Source: an uncultured cyanobacterium (GTDB taxonomy: Bacteria > Cyanobacteriota > Cyanobacteriia > Cyanobacteriales > Cyanobacteriaceae). From it: a stretch of DNA of 64,000 nt. The notes under the pieces are model-generated. The model ran no database searches. It was given only the letters and a program-made list of their open reading frames with translations, and was not told the origin of the DNA. Both the position numbers and the translations under genes were made by a program. Shown here one piece after another: positions 50,353 through 59,801 of this stretch. The stretch is from positions 576,001 through 640,000 of the forward strand of contig CAVVOP010000022.1 in NCBI GenBank assembly GCA_963749915.1. The letters are read 5' to 3'. Every line of letters begins with the position of its first letter. The stretch's first letter is position 1.

Positions 50353-50967
50353 ATGATGAGTGACACGGTGACAATTTTACGGGAGTTGATGACTAAAGCA
50401 GAAATTCAAGATTACCTTCAACTTAGTCGAAAAAGTCGAGTATCAGAATTGCAATTTTACCGCCTTGAAAATAATTTGTTGGATAATATCCCTTTAGGAG
50501 TCTTAAAAAAAATTGCTAAGGCTTTGAATATTTCCGTGACAACTTTAATTGATAATTTAAGTAGTAGTTTTGATTCAGTTAATGACAGTCATCAAGAAAA
50601 TTTACAAAGTCAAAATCAAGATTTAACTTCCAATTTAATCGCTGAATATCAACAGGAAACAATCTCTATTTTAGAGTCTTTATTGTTACAATTACCAACA
50701 CTGATTTATGTGGTTAATAAGAACCCCGGGTTACCTGCTTCTCGAATATTACCCTTGCTTCAACCATTAAATCAACTGTTATCTGCATGGGAAATTGAGC
50801 CTATAGGTGGGGTTGGTGATCTAGTTGATTATAATCCTCAAGAACATGAATTGATGGAACACAATCATTTAACTCTCGGAAACATTAAACAAGTAAAAAT
50901 ACGTTATGTTGGCTATCGTCAAAAAGATAAATTATTGTATCGTGCGAAAGTAAGTGTTAACGATTAA
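50353..50967 (+). CDS. XRE-type HTH fused to a GrpE-like C-terminal domain
   Basis: N-terminal HTH (LSRKS.VS...RLE...KIAKAL); C-terminal G..V.YNPQEH...V.IRYVGY....LLYRA.V. Confidence 0.7.
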   Translation: MMSDTVTILRELMTKAEIQDYLQLSRKSRVSELQFYRLENNLLDNIPLGVLKKIAKALNISVTTLIDNLSSSFDSVNDSHQENLQSQNQDLTSNLIAEYQQETISILESLLLQLPTLIYVVNKNPGLPASRILPLLQPLNQLLSAWEIEPIGGVGDLVDYNPQEHELMEHNHLTLGNIKQVKIRYVGYRQKDKLLYRAKVSVND

Positions 50968-50975
50968 TAAGTTTT

Positions 50976-50997
50976 TAGGGGTGAATACTATTCATCC
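50976..50997 (+). repeat. Degenerate GTAG-type REP hairpin
   Basis: TAGGGGTGAATACTATTCATCC. Confidence 0.4.
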
Positions 50998-51035
50998 AAA
51001 GAATAAGCGATTATCAACTATCAATTAATTAAAAA

Positions 51036-51167
51036 ATGTCATTAACTCAGATTAATAATCAAGAAAATATTATCACAGGTTTTCATGCTTTATCTAATAG
51101 CATTAGAATCCAAGTTTTAGATTTATTAGGCACTGGAACAATATACTCTAAACGGCTAAGAATTTAA
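51036..51167 (+). pseudogene. Truncated ArsR/SmtB-family regulator (N-terminal ~31 aa only)
   Basis: MSLTQINNQENIITGFHALSNSIRIQVLDLL matches the F.ALSDP.R..IL.LL start of ArsR proteins, then runs into the IS630 inverted repeat before the HTH. Confidence 0.65.
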
Positions 51168-51346
51168 CATTGCAAATTTCCATAAACGTTCAATTAAGTT
51201 CAGATGGGGAGAATAAGAAGGTAAATACAATAACTCTATTCCCAGTTGCTGAGCATGATATCTGACCTTATGGCATTAATCGCTATGACTTTACCATATT
51301 TAATTTCGCTCTCACAAAAGTTTAGTTTTAAGCCGTTCAGAGTATA
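51142..51346 (-). mobile_element. Internally deleted IS630-family element (205-bp MITE)
   Basis: Terminal IRs TATACTCTAAACGGCT / AGCCGTTCAGAGTATA (15/16, TA at both ends). Minus strand 51257-51174 encodes HAQQLGIELLYLPSYSPHLNLIERLWKF, the IS630 DDE third-motif signature. Confidence 0.88.
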
Positions 51347-51511
51347 GCTATGTTATCGCTTTAAAAATTGCTAATGATTTCTCTCAAGGCGATCGCACCT
51401 TATATATGGTAGATGATAGGGCAAATAATAGTGCGATCGCTTTATTAAGAAGCTTATAGGTTAGGAAAATTTACTGTTTCACCACCACCTCAACCCAAAA
51501 TGTGCTAAAAA

Positions 51512-51955
51512 TTACCACTTTTTATAAGGTAAGAACTTACCACACATAGTAACTTTAACACGATCGCCCTTGGGATCTTCCACTTTATCAACTTCCACGG
51601 AAAAATCGATCGCACTCATGATACCATCCCCAAATTTTTCGTGAATTACAGCCTTCAAAGGCATACCATAGACCTGCATAATCTCATAAAAACGATAAAT
51701 TAGAGGGTCGGTGGGTATTTGTGGTTCTAAGCCGCCTTTAAGTGGAGGAATCGTCAACTCTTCTGCCATTTCTTTAGGTAAACCCAAAGTGGTGACAATT
51801 GCTTTTGCCTCTGTTTCGTCTGCACTCGCTTGACGGTAGATAACGGATGCAATCCATGTTTCATCTTTGCCGACAACTTTTTCTAAATCCTCAAAAGTGA
51901 TGCCTTTTTCTTTTTTAGCTTTAAGTAGCTTAGTTGTAATTTCAGCGATCGTCAT
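51512..51955 (-). CDS. cynS: Cyanate lyase (cyanase)
   Basis: [30 protein letters not shown]. Confidence 0.97.
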   Translation of the reverse strand: MTIAEITTKLLKAKKEKGITFEDLEKVVGKDETWIASVIYRQASADETEAKAIVTTLGLPKEMAEELTIPPLKGGLEPQIPTDPLIYRFYEIMQVYGMPLKAVIHEKFGDGIMSAIDFSVEVDKVEDPKGDRVKVTMCGKFLPYKKW

Positions 51956-52016
51956 GATAGTTTCTCCTTATTTCAAATTGAATAGTTTTTCTGTAATAAA
52001 ATAATCTTGGATTTTT

Positions 52017-52083
52017 GTGGGGTGTGTTAGAGATTCTTTATTAGTAAACTCGAAACAACTCTTGTTATTAGTCGTAACGCACC
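52017..52083 (+). repeat. REP-like inverted repeat GT(A/G)GGGTG(C/T)GTTA...TAACGCACC
   Basis: gtggggtgtgtta ... taacgcacc between cynD and cynS. Confidence 0.5.
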
Positions 52084-52185
52084 AATATTCTCAGCAAATC
52101 ATCTAAAATAATTTTACCTAAGATTACAAAGGTTGTTTAATTTTTTCTCGACTAACGAAATTTACGCTCAGATTCTTTAATCGGT

Positions 52186-53073
52186 CTAACTATTGATTCT
52201 AGCTTCTTCCACTGCACGAGTTTCTCTGAATAAATGTTGTTCCATTTCCACTTTTAAGCCATGATAATCAGGGTGTTCCTCAACCCCTAAGCGGTTGCGA
52301 GGGCGAGGGAAGGGTATATCTAAAATTTGAGCGATACGTGCTGCTGGTCCTTTTGTCATCATGACTATTTTATCCGACAATAAAAGAGCTTCATCAATGC
52401 TGTGAGTAATCATAATTACGGTTTTACGGTGTTCCTCCCAAATTCTTTCAATTTCTTCTTGGAGAAAACCACGAGTCAGAGCATCTAATGCACCAAAAGG
52501 TTCATCCATTAAGAGAATTTGAGGGTTGATTGCTAACGCCCTTGCAATACCGACTCGTTGCCTCATACCCCCTGACAGTTGATGGGGATGCTTTTTGGCG
52601 GCGGCTTCTAAGCCCACCAATTGAAGATGTTCTTTGACAACCCGATTTTGTTGAGTCAGAGACATTTTCGGAAAAACAGTTTCCACCGCAAAACGGATAT
52701 TTTCATGAACTGTCATCCAAGGCATCAAAGCATAGTTTTGAAAGACCATTCCCCGATCTGGTCCTGGTCCTCGAATCGGCTCTTTATTCATCATTATTGA
52801 ACCTTCGGTGGGAAAACTTAAACCAGCAATTATATTTAATAATGTTGATTTTCCACATCCTGATGGCCCAATGATAGTGACAAAAGTATTGTGTTCAATG
52901 TTGAGGTTGATATTTTCCAAAGCGACAAAATCTGATTTCGCAGAACCAAAAATACTGCCAATTAAACTAGGTTTACTAGAAAACACTTTAGAAATATTTC
53001 TCAGACACAGTTGTACATTATCTGGAGCTTCGAGACAAGTTAAATATTCAGTTTGAGAGGATGATAGTGTCAT
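52186..53073 (-). CDS. cynD: Cyanate ABC transporter ATP-binding subunit (NrtD/CmpD-like)
   Basis: GPSGCGKST, LSGGMRQR, MDEPFGALD; operon with cynS. Confidence 0.8.
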   Translation of the reverse strand: MTLSSSQTEYLTCLEAPDNVQLCLRNISKVFSSKPSLIGSIFGSAKSDFVALENINLNIEHNTFVTIIGPSGCGKSTLLNIIAGLSFPTEGSIMMNKEPIRGPGPDRGMVFQNYALMPWMTVHENIRFAVETVFPKMSLTQQNRVVKEHLQLVGLEAAAKKHPHQLSGGMRQRVGIARALAINPQILLMDEPFGALDALTRGFLQEEIERIWEEHRKTVIMITHSIDEALLLSDKIVMMTKGPAARIAQILDIPFPRPRNRLGVEEHPDYHGLKVEMEQHLFRETRAVEEARINS

Positions 53074-53918
53074 GATGATTTCTTTCCAAAAGATACCAAT
53101 TTTTCCAAATAAGCAAAGATTTGATCTAATAAGAGTCCTACAATTCCGATAATCAAAATTGCCACAATGATATTCGGAATGTAAAGGTTATTCCATTCAT
53201 TCCAGATAAAATATCCTAATCCTGTTCCTAAAAGCATTTCAGCGGCAACAATTACTAACCACGAGATACCCATGCTAATGCGTAAACCAGAAATAATATT
53301 AGGTAGTGCGGCAGGAATAATCACTTTAAAGATAGTTCTTAATCTGGAAGCACCAAGGGTTTTTGATACATCTAAATAATCTGGACTAACATTAGCAACA
53401 CCAAAAGCGGTGTTAACCAAGGTAGGCCAAATGCTACTGATTAGAATAATGAAGATTCCTGTTTTTTCTGAATCTCTAAATATATAAAGTCCTAAGGGTA
53501 GCCATGCTAAAGGGGAGACTGGTTTAAGTAGTTGCACATAGGGATTAAAAGCCTTGGAAGCAACCTTGGAAATACCGATCATAATACCTAAAGGGACGGC
53601 AATGACAGATGCCATTACATAACCGATAGCGACTCTTCTCAAACTAATTAGTAAATTCCAGCCAATACCTTTATCATTAGGTCCATTGTCAAAAAAAGGA
53701 TGAGTTATCCACCACCAAAATTCTTTGAGGGTTACAGAAGCCGATGGCATTCCTTTGGCAAAAATATTGGCATTTGCACCCAATTCCCAACAGAGGAGGA
53801 AAATTCCGAGGGAAAGTAGGAAAATTGCAAAAGCTTTAAAGTTTTCGTTATCTATTAATTGTCTGAATTTTTCCTGAGATTCCTGTATTTTAAAGCTGTT
53901 ATTGTAAGTATTTGCCAT
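53070..53918 (-). CDS. cynB: Cyanate ABC transporter permease (NrtB/CmpB-like)
   Basis: PFFDNGPNDKGIGW, LKPVSPLAWLP, VAAEML; overlaps cynD by 4 nt. Confidence 0.8.
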   Translation of the reverse strand: MANTYNNSFKIQESQEKFRQLIDNENFKAFAIFLLSLGIFLLCWELGANANIFAKGMPSASVTLKEFWWWITHPFFDNGPNDKGIGWNLLISLRRVAIGYVMASVIAVPLGIMIGISKVASKAFNPYVQLLKPVSPLAWLPLGLYIFRDSEKTGIFIILISSIWPTLVNTAFGVANVSPDYLDVSKTLGASRLRTIFKVIIPAALPNIISGLRISMGISWLVIVAAEMLLGTGLGYFIWNEWNNLYIPNIIVAILIIGIVGLLLDQIFAYLEKLVSFGKKSS

Positions 53919-54089
53919 TGTGCTTGCTCACTATATTTGTATTAGTATTTTGCTTGTGATTCAAGCTTAATACGGAAAAATGGCTGTCTCACCCATATTA
54001 ATGGAGTGGGTACTAAGATTTCAGAGTTGATAATAAATAGTAATTTCAGTAATTCATGGAAAAACTATTTCTCCATTTACAACTCTCAA

Positions 54090-55706
54090 TTAAACCCCGT
54101 ATTTTTTAATTTGTTCTTCAACATAACTAGTAGGATTTTCTGGATCAAAGCTATCAAACTCTAGGGTTTCAGTACGATAAATTTCCTCTGGAGGATTTTG
54201 TCCTGTTTCTTTGGCTAATTCTCTGGCTAAGTCAGTCAAGAAAATTTCTTGTCCTAGTTCGTTATATTTACCTTCGACAATGATTTCTTTAGCTTTGCCA
54301 TCTCCTTGTAAATCCCAACGAACTAATTGAGACATAATCCAGTTAGCGAAACTTTGCCAAGGATAAGCGTCAAAATCAATACGATCAGGTATATCAAGGT
54401 TGTTACCTAGTCCGTCATCGAATTTACCGGTTAAAACAGCTTCTACCACTTCTACAGGCTGATTGAGGAAAGCACGCTCGGAGATAGCTTTAGCAATTTC
54501 AGGACGGTTCGCGGGTTGGTGAGCGTATCCTGCTGCTTCAATAATCGATTTGTTTAAAGCTCGGAAAGTATTAGGATTAGCGTTAATCCACTGATCGCTA
54601 GCGGCAAAAGCACAACAGGGATGACCAGGCCAAATATCTTTAGTTAATTTGTGGATAAATCCTGCCCCTTCATAGACGGCCCGTTGGTTGAAAGGATCGG
54701 GCATTAGGTAAGCATCAATATCTCCTGCCACCAATTGAGCGATGCTATCTGGTGGGGGCACAGGACGAATTTTCACGTCTTTATCAGGATCAATTCCTCC
54801 CGTTGCTAAGTAGTAACGTAAGAGGAGATTGTGCATCGAATAGGGGAAAGGTACACCGAGTACAAATCCTTTAAAGTCAGCAGGACCATTTACTTTTCCT
54901 TTGTGTTTGTTGGAAATGGTAATTGCTTGTCCATTAATGTTTTCAATACTAGCTAGTTTGACTCCAAATGCCGCCGAACCTAATCCCAAAGTCATAGCAA
55001 TAGGCATCGGTGCTAACATATGATATGCGTCTAATTCTCCTGCGATCGCTGAATCTCTTACTGCACCCCAACTAGGCATTTTAACAACTTTGGCATTCAA
55101 ACCATATTTTTTATAAAAACCAAGGGGTTCAGACATGATGATAGGAGTTGCACAGGTGATAGGAATAAATCCTATTTGTAAATCTGTTTTTTCTAAATTG
55201 CTTACATCTACAGGAGTTTCAGAAGAAACAGTATCAGGAGTATTGGGGCTGCTACTACAAGCGTTGGCAACTGTAACTAATGCTGCACCAACTGCCAAAT
55301 TTTGTAAAAACCGACGACGACTAAAACCACCACTAAGAATTGCATCACCAAAAAACCGACCGGCTTTGGAACCAAATGCCGCAGCAAAGGCATTGTCCAA
55401 ACCACCAGCAATATCAGCTAAGTCCCTAATTAGTTTTTCGGATTTAGGGTTTCCTTTTGATGACATTTTCAAAAATAATTCTTTGCGTAACTCAGCAGAA
55501 CTCAGAGCATCAGCGATTTTAAAACTTTCTTCCTTGTAAAGTCCCATTTTTGCCAAATCATCAATCATGTCAATGGGATCTTCTGGCATGCTTTGCATGA
55601 ATTCCCAATGTTCTTGAGTTCCATGAAAACGCCCACACTTAATGCATAAATGTTGTGCTTGGCTTAATTCATCTCTTGGAATTAGTAATGACTTTTTAGA
55701 GTCCAT
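54090..55706 (-). CDS. cynA: Cyanate ABC transporter substrate-binding lipoprotein (NrtA/CmpA family) with long N-terminal extension
   Basis: GFIPITCATP, ENINGQAI, HNLLLRYYL, HPCC; Tat motif SRRRFL at aa 129 and lipobox ANAC at aa 147-150. Confidence 0.8.
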   Translation of the reverse strand: MDSKKSLLIPRDELSQAQHLCIKCGRFHGTQEHWEFMQSMPEDPIDMIDDLAKMGLYKEESFKIADALSSAELRKELFLKMSSKGNPKSEKLIRDLADIAGGLDNAFAAAFGSKAGRFFGDAILSGGFSRRRFLQNLAVGAALVTVANACSSSPNTPDTVSSETPVDVSNLEKTDLQIGFIPITCATPIIMSEPLGFYKKYGLNAKVVKMPSWGAVRDSAIAGELDAYHMLAPMPIAMTLGLGSAAFGVKLASIENINGQAITISNKHKGKVNGPADFKGFVLGVPFPYSMHNLLLRYYLATGGIDPDKDVKIRPVPPPDSIAQLVAGDIDAYLMPDPFNQRAVYEGAGFIHKLTKDIWPGHPCCAFAASDQWINANPNTFRALNKSIIEAAGYAHQPANRPEIAKAISERAFLNQPVEVVEAVLTGKFDDGLGNNLDIPDRIDFDAYPWQSFANWIMSQLVRWDLQGDGKAKEIIVEGKYNELGQEIFLTDLARELAKETGQNPPEEIYRTETLEFDSFDPENPTSYVEEQIKKYGV

Positions 55707-55767
55707 AATTGCTTATCTATAACTGATTTAACTTGGGTTTATTAAAATTCTTTTCCCAGAACTTTAT

Positions 55768-55783
55768 TGTAGTTATCGATACA
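55768..55783 (-). promoter_or_regulatory. NtcA binding site upstream of cynA
   Basis: TGTA-GTTATCGA-TACA (GTA-N8-TAC) about 62 nt upstream of the start. On the minus strand an imperfect -10 (TTTAAT) follows 22 nt later. Confidence 0.75.
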
Positions 55784-55820
55784 GGAGCAGGAGGTTAGCT
55801 TAAAATATAATTTTTTAGAA

Positions 55821-56360
55821 TTAATTCCCAAGAGTCGAAGGGGTTTGATTTAATAAAATGGCCAAACTTTTGATCACCTCAGAAATTCCCTGAACAATTA
55901 ATAAAATTGGGCTAATAATAATCATGGTTTTAATGGGATAACGAGGCAAACCACCATCATCAGGAGATATTTCCATTATCTGCCATGAATTAAAAACATA
56001 TTGCCAAGAAAAATAAATAATCATCCCACAAAAGGGAATTAAGAAAAATAGAACTCCGACAATATTCACTAAGGCTTTACCTTTAGAAGACAAATTTTTA
56101 TAGAAAATATCTACTCTTACATGACTATCTTTTTTGAGAGTATAAGCCGCACCTAAAAAGAAGATTAAATCGAATAAATACCATTGTAATTCTATTAAAC
56201 TATTAGAGCTTAAATTTTCTCCAATTATTCTCCCAATATATCTACCAACTACATTCCATACGCCAATACCAATCATTACCAACACTAACCAGTAAACAAT
56301 TTTACCGTACCATTCGGTAATTAAATCAATTATTTGAGCTATTCTCAGTGCTAAACTCAT
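55821..56360 (-). CDS. TRAP transporter small permease subunit (DctQ/GtrA type)
   Basis: Four TM helices; ELQWYLF, HVRVDIFY, GGLP.YP. Confidence 0.88.
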   Translation of the reverse strand: MSLALRIAQIIDLITEWYGKIVYWLVLVMIGIGVWNVVGRYIGRIIGENLSSNSLIELQWYLFDLIFFLGAAYTLKKDSHVRVDIFYKNLSSKGKALVNIVGVLFFLIPFCGMIIYFSWQYVFNSWQIMEISPDDGGLPRYPIKTMIIISPILLIVQGISEVIKSLAILLNQTPSTLGN

Positions 56361-56438
56361 AATAAATAGGGTATAAATGATGGAATAATGTTAATAATAA
56401 CATTTCTTTGACTCAGAATAAGGATGTCAGTTTAAACG

Positions 56439-58712
56439 CTATACAATCTCTTCTTTTATTGTGGAAACTGATACCTGGGAAAAATAAGTTTTCTGTAAGT
56501 TCTCTTGCTTAATTATATCTTGAAATTGTTGTCTAATTTGCTTATAAATATGAGGAGAAAATGTTGAGTAAATTTGCTTAAAAATTATATTGTTTTCTAT
56601 ATTTTCATAAGAAATACCTATCTTTTTGAGGGAATCTAAAGCATATTTTAAGGCTAATTCACTAATGCCAATTTCGTCTAGTAATTTTTGAATTTCTCTT
56701 GTTTCATTTCCCTTAATTGAATATTTAACGATACCGATAAATTTTTGCCACAATTCTTCACTATTTATTTGATTATTATAGCTATAGGCTAAAACTAAAT
56801 TTGTTTGAGATGCGATCGCTTTTTGATAATTATGGGTAATTTCTTGCCATTGAAAAGGACATTCTTCTAATAAAATATCAGGAAAATTATTAGCATTTAA
56901 AGACGGGATTTGATAACGATGATCAATAATTGAAGGTAAAGATTTTATAGTAGTATAAAGATTAGAATTTTCTTGACTAAATTTAAGATCAACGATTCTA
57001 ATATAATATTTTTGATCGACAAAATTAAAGTCTAATTCTGCAACTATATCATAAGCATAATTTGGATTAATTTCATTGCCATAATGTCCTAACCAAATAC
57101 CATCAAAACCTTGATCTTGCCGGGTATGATCATAAATTTTAAAATAAGTTTGGATATATTTTCCTTGTTCACCTTTACTTTTATAGCTTTGACTTTTATT
57201 TTTAATATCTTTCAACCAGCAATTTTTTATTAATAATCTAGAATTTAAATTATCAATACTACAGGGCTCAATTAATCTCAATTCATGACGTAAATTCTTG
57301 CCTAACTCAGCAACAGTAACGACTAAATCAATATTAATAATTGGTCGTAGAAAATTAAGATTAATTGTACTTCTTAATCGTTGGTTAAGACTATCTCTGA
57401 ATAAGGAAATGTTTTCTACAGATAAAGACAATTCTATGGTGTCATGATACTTACTAAAACTATGTAGTAATTCCTGTTGATGGGTTATTAATTCAGCCAA
57501 GTCAATATTACCGATAGAAGAACCATAACCTTTAGCTATCATCGAATTATCATCCATAGACAATAAAATAGTGGGACGGCCATATTCTTTACTAATAAGA
57601 TTAGCTATTAATCCTAGGAATTTCACTTCCCATTGACTTTCCATGAGAATAATAACGGCAGTATTTAATATATCTAAATTGTGTATTTTTTTACGTACTT
57701 GATCAAGAATTTTTTTCTGTAAATCTTTAACATTAAAGTGAGCTTTTTCTGCTATGTTAGCTAAATTTTGTGCTAATCTTTTATCGGTAGTAGTTAATAA
57801 TTGAAGAGCAAAATCAGTACCATTATGGATATAATTAATCCCATTAATTCTTTGAGCAATACCTTGAGAAATATCCATGGGCCGATCGCCATTTTTTTGA
57901 CATAATTTAACTAAAATATCAAGACCCCATCGTTTAGTTTTTTGTAAAATTTGAATGCCTTCTCGTGCTAAATAACGACAATCTCCTTTTAGTTTAGTGG
58001 CATCTGCTAATAAACCAATGGCCACTAAATCGAGCAAATTGGTAACAGGTTGAGGGGAAATAGTCGGAAATTGTTGATATAAAGCTTCTAATAACTTATA
58101 AGCGATGGTTACCCCTGAAAGATGGTAAAAAGGGTGATTTTCTGCGAAATTTAAGGGATTTAAGAAAGAAACCACCGTCGGGCGATCGTCGGGTAGAGTA
58201 TGATGATCAATTATGATTATATCTATTCCCAAACTTTGAGCATAATCAATTTCTGCGATGTTATGACTACCTGTATCGGCGGTAATAAGGAGATTAACCC
58301 CCTGTTGTTTTAGGGAATCAATGCCCTGGCAACTTAAACCATGAGAAATAGAATAACTTAATTGATTTTCTAGAAGGAAAAACGGCTTTAAACCTTCCCA
58401 CAAAACACAAGTAGCCGTGACACCATCAATATTATAACCACCCCAAATAGCAACCGTGTCCCCTTGATTCCATGCCTTTTCTAAACGTTTTAACCCTTGT
58501 ATCATTTCTCTGCCAAATTCCCAAGGAGAAGTAGATTGATAATTTTTAGTATCTAAAAACCACCTTAATTGTTGAGAATCACGAATACCTCTACCCCATA
58601 ATAACCTTGTTAAATAATCAGATTTATTTCTGTTCGTGAGATGATTTACTTCCGCAAAAAACCAGTCAGGAATATCACCAGAAGGATAAATTCTCCATTC
58701 AGTTTTCATCAT
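56439..58712 (-). CDS. RecJ-like DHH family ssDNA exonuclease (degenerate motifs)
   Basis: TADTG, IIDHH, LSGV, DLVAIG..AD; motif I reads GGYNIDG. Confidence 0.75.
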   Translation of the reverse strand: MMKTEWRIYPSGDIPDWFFAEVNHLTNRNKSDYLTRLLWGRGIRDSQQLRWFLDTKNYQSTSPWEFGREMIQGLKRLEKAWNQGDTVAIWGGYNIDGVTATCVLWEGLKPFFLLENQLSYSISHGLSCQGIDSLKQQGVNLLITADTGSHNIAEIDYAQSLGIDIIIIDHHTLPDDRPTVVSFLNPLNFAENHPFYHLSGVTIAYKLLEALYQQFPTISPQPVTNLLDLVAIGLLADATKLKGDCRYLAREGIQILQKTKRWGLDILVKLCQKNGDRPMDISQGIAQRINGINYIHNGTDFALQLLTTTDKRLAQNLANIAEKAHFNVKDLQKKILDQVRKKIHNLDILNTAVIILMESQWEVKFLGLIANLISKEYGRPTILLSMDDNSMIAKGYGSSIGNIDLAELITHQQELLHSFSKYHDTIELSLSVENISLFRDSLNQRLRSTINLNFLRPIINIDLVVTVAELGKNLRHELRLIEPCSIDNLNSRLLIKNCWLKDIKNKSQSYKSKGEQGKYIQTYFKIYDHTRQDQGFDGIWLGHYGNEINPNYAYDIVAELDFNFVDQKYYIRIVDLKFSQENSNLYTTIKSLPSIIDHRYQIPSLNANNFPDILLEECPFQWQEITHNYQKAIASQTNLVLAYSYNNQINSEELWQKFIGIVKYSIKGNETREIQKLLDEIGISELALKYALDSLKKIGISYENIENNIIFKQIYSTFSPHIYKQIRQQFQDIIKQENLQKTYFSQVSVSTIKEEIV

Positions 58713-58832
58713 AATTTCACCTCACAAAAACTTATAATTATCGTTTTAATAAAAGTTAATAGACCATTAGGAATAGATCTCTCTGAAAATTAAGAAAGCC
58801 TCTTTGAGGAGATAACTGTTCATTTTTAATTA

Positions 58833-59726
58833 TTAATTGTTTAATGCCTGACGTAAATTACCGTCATTTTCTGCTAATAAAAATTCTGCTTCGGCTAAGG
58901 TTTTATTTCCCCAGTGCATCAATAAAGCTAATTTTACCTTAGATCCACTCGCCACTAACAGTTTACTAGCACTTTCTCGATCTAAATCCGTTAAATCACT
59001 GATAATCCGTAATGCTCGATCCTCTAATTTACTATTAGTGACAGACACATCAATCATGCGATTACCATACACTTTGCCTAATTTTACCATCACCCCAGTG
59101 GAAATGATATTCAGTGCCATTTTTGTAGCCGTTCCTGCCTTCAAACGAGTTGAACCGGCTAAAATTTCTGCCCCCGTCAACAAACGAATATCAATATCCG
59201 CCTCGATGGGTACTTGGTTTCGGGGAACACAACTCATGGCGATCGCCACTGCTCCTTGTGTTTTTGCTTCTTTTAATGCTCCATGAACATAAGGGGTTGT
59301 CCCTCCTGCCGTAATTCCTATAACTACATCTAAAACACCGATATGATGATCGATCATAGCCTGAGCACCATCTTCTGGTAAATCTTCTAGGGCTTCCGAA
59401 CTTTTCACTAAAGCAGACGCACCTCCTGCTAAAATACCCTGTACCATGTCGGGATTAGTACAGAAGGTGGGGGGACATTCGGCGGCATCCAACACTCCTA
59501 AACGTCCGCTGGTACCCGCTCCAATGTAAAATAAACGTCCTCCCTTCCTCAAGGCTGTGGCTGTAATTTCTATGGTTTGGGCTAATTCCTCTCTAGCATT
59601 GGCGATGGCTTCAATGGTTTTTTGATCTTCCTGATTAAATAAATCAACTATTTCCAGTGCCGAAAGTTTGTCCAAGTTAGTACTAGCTGTGTTAATTTGC
59701 TCTGTTAATAAATGACCACGATTCAT
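58833..59726 (-). CDS. murQ: N-acetylmuramic acid 6-phosphate etherase
   Basis: GAGTSGRLG.LDA.ECPPTF, GSTRLKAGTA.K. Confidence 0.95.
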   Translation of the reverse strand: MNRGHLLTEQINTASTNLDKLSALEIVDLFNQEDQKTIEAIANAREELAQTIEITATALRKGGRLFYIGAGTSGRLGVLDAAECPPTFCTNPDMVQGILAGGASALVKSSEALEDLPEDGAQAMIDHHIGVLDVVIGITAGGTTPYVHGALKEAKTQGAVAIAMSCVPRNQVPIEADIDIRLLTGAEILAGSTRLKAGTATKMALNIISTGVMVKLGKVYGNRMIDVSVTNSKLEDRALRIISDLTDLDRESASKLLVASGSKVKLALLMHWGNKTLAEAEFLLAENDGNLRQALNN

Positions 59727-59801
59727 AAACTAAGTAATAGGTAATGGGTAATAGGTAATGAGGAAGAAATTTATTAATTCTCAATTCTCAATTCTCAATT
59801 C

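Noticed and set aside
52186..55706. Nitrate (nrt) or bicarbonate (cmp) transporter assignment
   Set aside because: There is no NrtC/CmpC-type long ATPase and no nirA/narB; direct linkage to cynS favours cyanate, although nitrite transport cannot be excluded.
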